Below, in pieces: positions 8,624-10,798 of a DNA stretch of 10,798 bases. Source of the DNA: Pseudothermotoga sp. Lineage in GTDB: Bacteria; Thermotogota; Thermotogae; Thermotogales; DSM-5069. Below the pieces are notes generated by a model that saw nothing but the letters and a program-made list of their open reading frames with translations, made no database searches and had not been told where the DNA came from. Where the stretch lies: the NCBI GenBank assembly GCA_041640575.1, contig JBEPZZ010000061.1:1-10798 (forward strand), given 5' to 3'. Position 1 is the first letter of the stretch. Every line of letters starts with the position of its first letter. The position numbers were made by a program, and so were the translations under genes.

Positions 8624-9102
8624 CTCTAGAAGAAGTCTTTGAAAGAGCTCTAAAAGCGGCTCAAGAAGGAAGGCTTGAGGATGCGGAGAAGCTTTATAAA
8701 AAGTGTTTGGAGCTTGAACCACAGCATCCAGAGGTTTGGAACAATCTTGGAAATGTTTACCGAAAAGCCGGACAGATTGCAAAATCGGTAGAAGCCTATC
8801 AAAAAGCTATTGAACTTGACCCAAAATATGTGCTTGCTTACTTTAATCTTGCTTCTGCTCTCATGGACATAGAAAGGTATGACTTAGCAAAGCTTTTTCT
8901 TTTGAAGGTTAGAGAAATGAACTTCGAAATGGTAAAATCGACTGCTATGCTTATAGTTTGCCTGCTTCAATTGAACGAAGAACTTGAAGCTTTGAAGCTT
9001 TTTAGAGAAGTGAAAGGGAATGAAGACATTCTGAATGAGCTCAAAGAATACGGAATCTTAGATCATCTACAAAGCCTTGATAACGAATGGAAATTGATTT
9101 AA
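8620..9102 (+). CDS. Tetratricopeptide-repeat protein
   Basis: Three clear TPRs (AEKLYKKCLELEP; VWNNLGNVYRKAGQIAKSVEAYQKAIELDP; AYFNLASALM). ATGA start/stop overlap with the upstream gene. No signal peptide. Confidence 0.9.
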   Translation: MTLEEVFERALKAAQEGRLEDAEKLYKKCLELEPQHPEVWNNLGNVYRKAGQIAKSVEAYQKAIELDPKYVLAYFNLASALMDIERYDLAKLFLLKVREMNFEMVKSTAMLIVCLLQLNEELEALKLFREVKGNEDILNELKEYGILDHLQSLDNEWKLI

Positions 9103-9722
9103 CCTTTCTCGAAAAGTAAGTTCACCAATAAGGGATTAATTTTTTCTCGAGCGACTCTTTTGAATTTCTGGATAGTGTTGTCGATTTTCTTGAATTCAAC
9201 GTTCAATTTTTTCCCTATTTCTTCATAACTCTCGCCATTTGTCCAAAGTTCGACTATTTCTTGTTCTTGATCCTTTAAATACCTTTTTACCTCGTCGAGA
9301 ACAATTTCCACAATCGCTGATTGTTGTGTTGACACTGTTGCATCTTCGAAGCTGTATCCAGGTTCTTCAGACTCCTCAACACTGGTTTGATCGACGCTCA
9401 CAGCATCAGTCAACATTTTATTCTTCTTGCGGTTTAAAAATGTCAAAAATGATTTTAGTTCTGATTCTATACTTCTCCAGGCAAAGGAAGAAAATCCGCT
9501 CTTGTCAGGCTGATAATAATACGTTGCTTTAATCAACCCGACTAATCCATTTTGAACAAGATCATCAAACTCCGCCCAAGGAGCGTAATATTTCGAAGAT
9601 ATCTTAATAACCATGGGGTAGTATCTTTCTAAAATTATTTCTACAGCTTCATTCAAACCGCTTTGAGCAAGTTCAACTAATTCTTCTGTTCTTTTTGAGC
9701 GAAGCTGATATTTTATTGGCAA
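9099..9722 (-). CDS. sigH: Alternative RNA polymerase sigma-70 family factor, SigH-like
   Basis: Region 2 (EELVELAQSG...DDLVQNGLVGLIKA...FSSFAWRSI), the SigH-typical NRKKNKMLTDAVSVD segment, and region 4 HTH (GESYEEIGKKLNVEFKKIDNTIQKFKR, compare SigH GxSYxEI...KSIDNALQRVKRK). TTG start with upstream GAGCGGTGA SD-like element. The sigH symbol is a family-level call. Confidence 0.82.
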   Translation of the reverse strand: MPIKYQLRSKRTEELVELAQSGLNEAVEIILERYYPMVIKISSKYYAPWAEFDDLVQNGLVGLIKATYYYQPDKSGFSSFAWRSIESELKSFLTFLNRKKNKMLTDAVSVDQTSVEESEEPGYSFEDATVSTQQSAIVEIVLDEVKRYLKDQEQEIVELWTNGESYEEIGKKLNVEFKKIDNTIQKFKRVAREKINPLLVNLLFEKG

Positions 9723-10522
9723 TCTGTCTCACCGCTCTCTTTGCATAGTAATTTCGAAAGTACTCCAATGTGCTCAACCACAATATCTGGTTTTGTGGAG
9801 GAATGCTCTAAATCCTGTAAAGTCGTTTCACCTGTTAGAACAAGGATAGAAAGAATCCCAGATCGGCGAGCAAATTCTATATCAGTGTACAATCTGTCAC
9901 CAACCATAGCAATCTTTTCCTTTGCTATTCCTGTCTTCTTCACAATCATTTGAAGCATTAGTGGATTTGGTTTTCCTATGACATAGTCTGGGAATCTTCC
10001 GGTAGATTTTTCAATCAAAGCTATATAGGATCCGGCGTCTGGAAGTGGCCCTTCAGGGGATGGACAATTAATGTCAGGATGTGTAGCAATATAGGTAAGA
10101 CCCTTTCTTAGATAAAGGCATGTTTTCGACAATTTTTCGTAATTTATTTCTGTATCATAGCCCAGAACAACTATTTGTGGATCTTCATATACAATCTTAT
10201 GACCGTATTTTTCGAGAGTCCTTGCTAACTTACCCGTGCCAAGGAGGTATATTCTCAATGGGCCATATTTTTCTTTCAAAAATATACCAGTGGCATCTCC
10301 AGACGTGAAAACATCTATTGATCCATCAAGCCCCATCTTTCTAAGCTTTTCAACATAGCTTTCCGAGTCTTGTGAAGAATTGTTCGTAAGGAACATAAAC
10401 TGTTTGCCTTGCTTTCTAACCACATTCACGAATTCGAGCGAACCATCAAACAGTTTATTTCCCAGATAGAATGTACCATCCATATCTAAAAGGAAGAGTT
10501 CGACATTTTTTATGTCCAGCAA
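9713..10522 (-). CDS. nagD: HAD-IIA family phosphatase (NagD-like)
   Basis: Motif I FLLDMDGTFY, motif II FLTNNS, GKPNP, and motif IV MVGDRLYTDI...LVLTG. Start placed at TTG 10522 rather than GTG 10531, because the GTG is part of the SD GAGGTGA (10534-10528) lying 5 nt upstream of the TTG. Substrate cannot be determined from sequence. Confidence 0.92.
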   Translation of the reverse strand: MLDIKNVELFLLDMDGTFYLGNKLFDGSLEFVNVVRKQGKQFMFLTNNSSQDSESYVEKLRKMGLDGSIDVFTSGDATGIFLKEKYGPLRIYLLGTGKLARTLEKYGHKIVYEDPQIVVLGYDTEINYEKLSKTCLYLRKGLTYIATHPDINCPSPEGPLPDAGSYIALIEKSTGRFPDYVIGKPNPLMLQMIVKKTGIAKEKIAMVGDRLYTDIEFARRSGILSILVLTGETTLQDLEHSSTKPDIVVEHIGVLSKLLCKESGETDCQ

Positions 10523-10527
10523 TCCTA

Positions 10528-10550
10528 TCACCTCATTGAATAAGATACCA
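10528..10550 (-). promoter_or_regulatory. Candidate extended -10 promoter element (TGgTATCTT) and SD GAGGTGA for the nagD-sigH unit
   Basis: The minus strand reads TTC-TG-G-TATCTT-ATTCAAT-GAGGTGA. The -10 hexamer is at 10547-10542. No good -35 at 17 bp. The SD is well supported, the promoter only moderately. Confidence 0.45.
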
Positions 10551-10596
10551 GAAAAACGGAGGGGGTTTTACACGTTGAAAGTGAAAGTCGTAGTGC

Positions 10597-10625
10597 TTGA
10601 AATTTCCATGATCTTCTGGTAATAT
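10597..10625 (+). promoter_or_regulatory. Housekeeping-sigma promoter for rpmB
   Basis: TTGAAA (10597-10602), 17-bp spacer, TAATAT (10620-10625), with extended -10 TG at 10617-10618. Followed by SD GAGAGGGG (10643-10650) and ATG 10658. Confidence 0.7.
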
Positions 10626-10657
10626 TGGTTGGAAAAAGGCAAGAGAGGGGATCGAAG

Positions 10658-10798
10658 ATGTCAAAGAGATGTGAGATATGTGGAAAAGGTCCTGTAGCTG
10701 GTAAGAACGTAAGTCATTCTAACAGACACACTCCAAGAATGTTTAGACCAAATATTCAAAGAGTTCGTGTACAGCTAGAAGATGGCACAATTAAGACT
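10658..10798 (+). CDS. rpmB: 50S ribosomal protein L28, 3'-truncated by the window edge
   Basis: Manual translation: [47 protein letters not shown], containing the L28 signature CxxCGK...GxNVSHS...F.PNIQ. Absent from the ORF track because it is short and runs off the window. Confidence 0.97.
   Translation, partial: MSKRCEICGKGPVAGKNVSHSNRHTPRMFRPNIQRVRVQLEDGTIKT

Noticed and set aside
8558..10308. Short antisense ORFs (8558-8782, 9239-9532, 9741-9953, 10120-10308)
   Set aside because: They lie entirely opposite the 535-aa/TPR, sigH and nagD genes and have no protein-family features.
10535..10657. Possible sRNA, riboswitch or terminator in the only sizeable intergenic gap
   Set aside because: The roughly 120 nt are largely accounted for by divergent promoter and SD elements. 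No stable hairpin or known RNA motif was seen.
1..10798. Mobile element, prophage, CRISPR or defence system
   Set aside because: No transposase, integrase, nuclease or repeat-spacer array was seen, composition looks uniform by eye, and nearly all bases belong to core genes.

Overview
Gene-dense, AT-rich bacterial core-genome segment. Protein similarity and gene order point to Thermotogota (Thermotoga/Pseudothermotoga-like); this comes from my recall of the families, not from a database search. The + strand carries a gap-free, probably translationally coupled run: aspS (5'-truncated by the window), a STAS anti-sigma-factor antagonist, cmk, ispH, rpsA, der, plsY, a 535-aa exported TPR/beta-propeller/vWA-like protein and a small TPR protein. 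This run converges, with overlapping stop codons, on a - strand pair encoding a NagD-like HAD phosphatase and a SigH-type sigma factor. A short divergent promoter region follows, then the start of rpmB (L28), which the ORF track missed. I found no mobile element, CRISPR array, RNA gene or defence system. The region is mostly ordinary housekeeping. The only poorly characterised part is the 7016-9102 gene pair, which is the best candidate for something undescribed.
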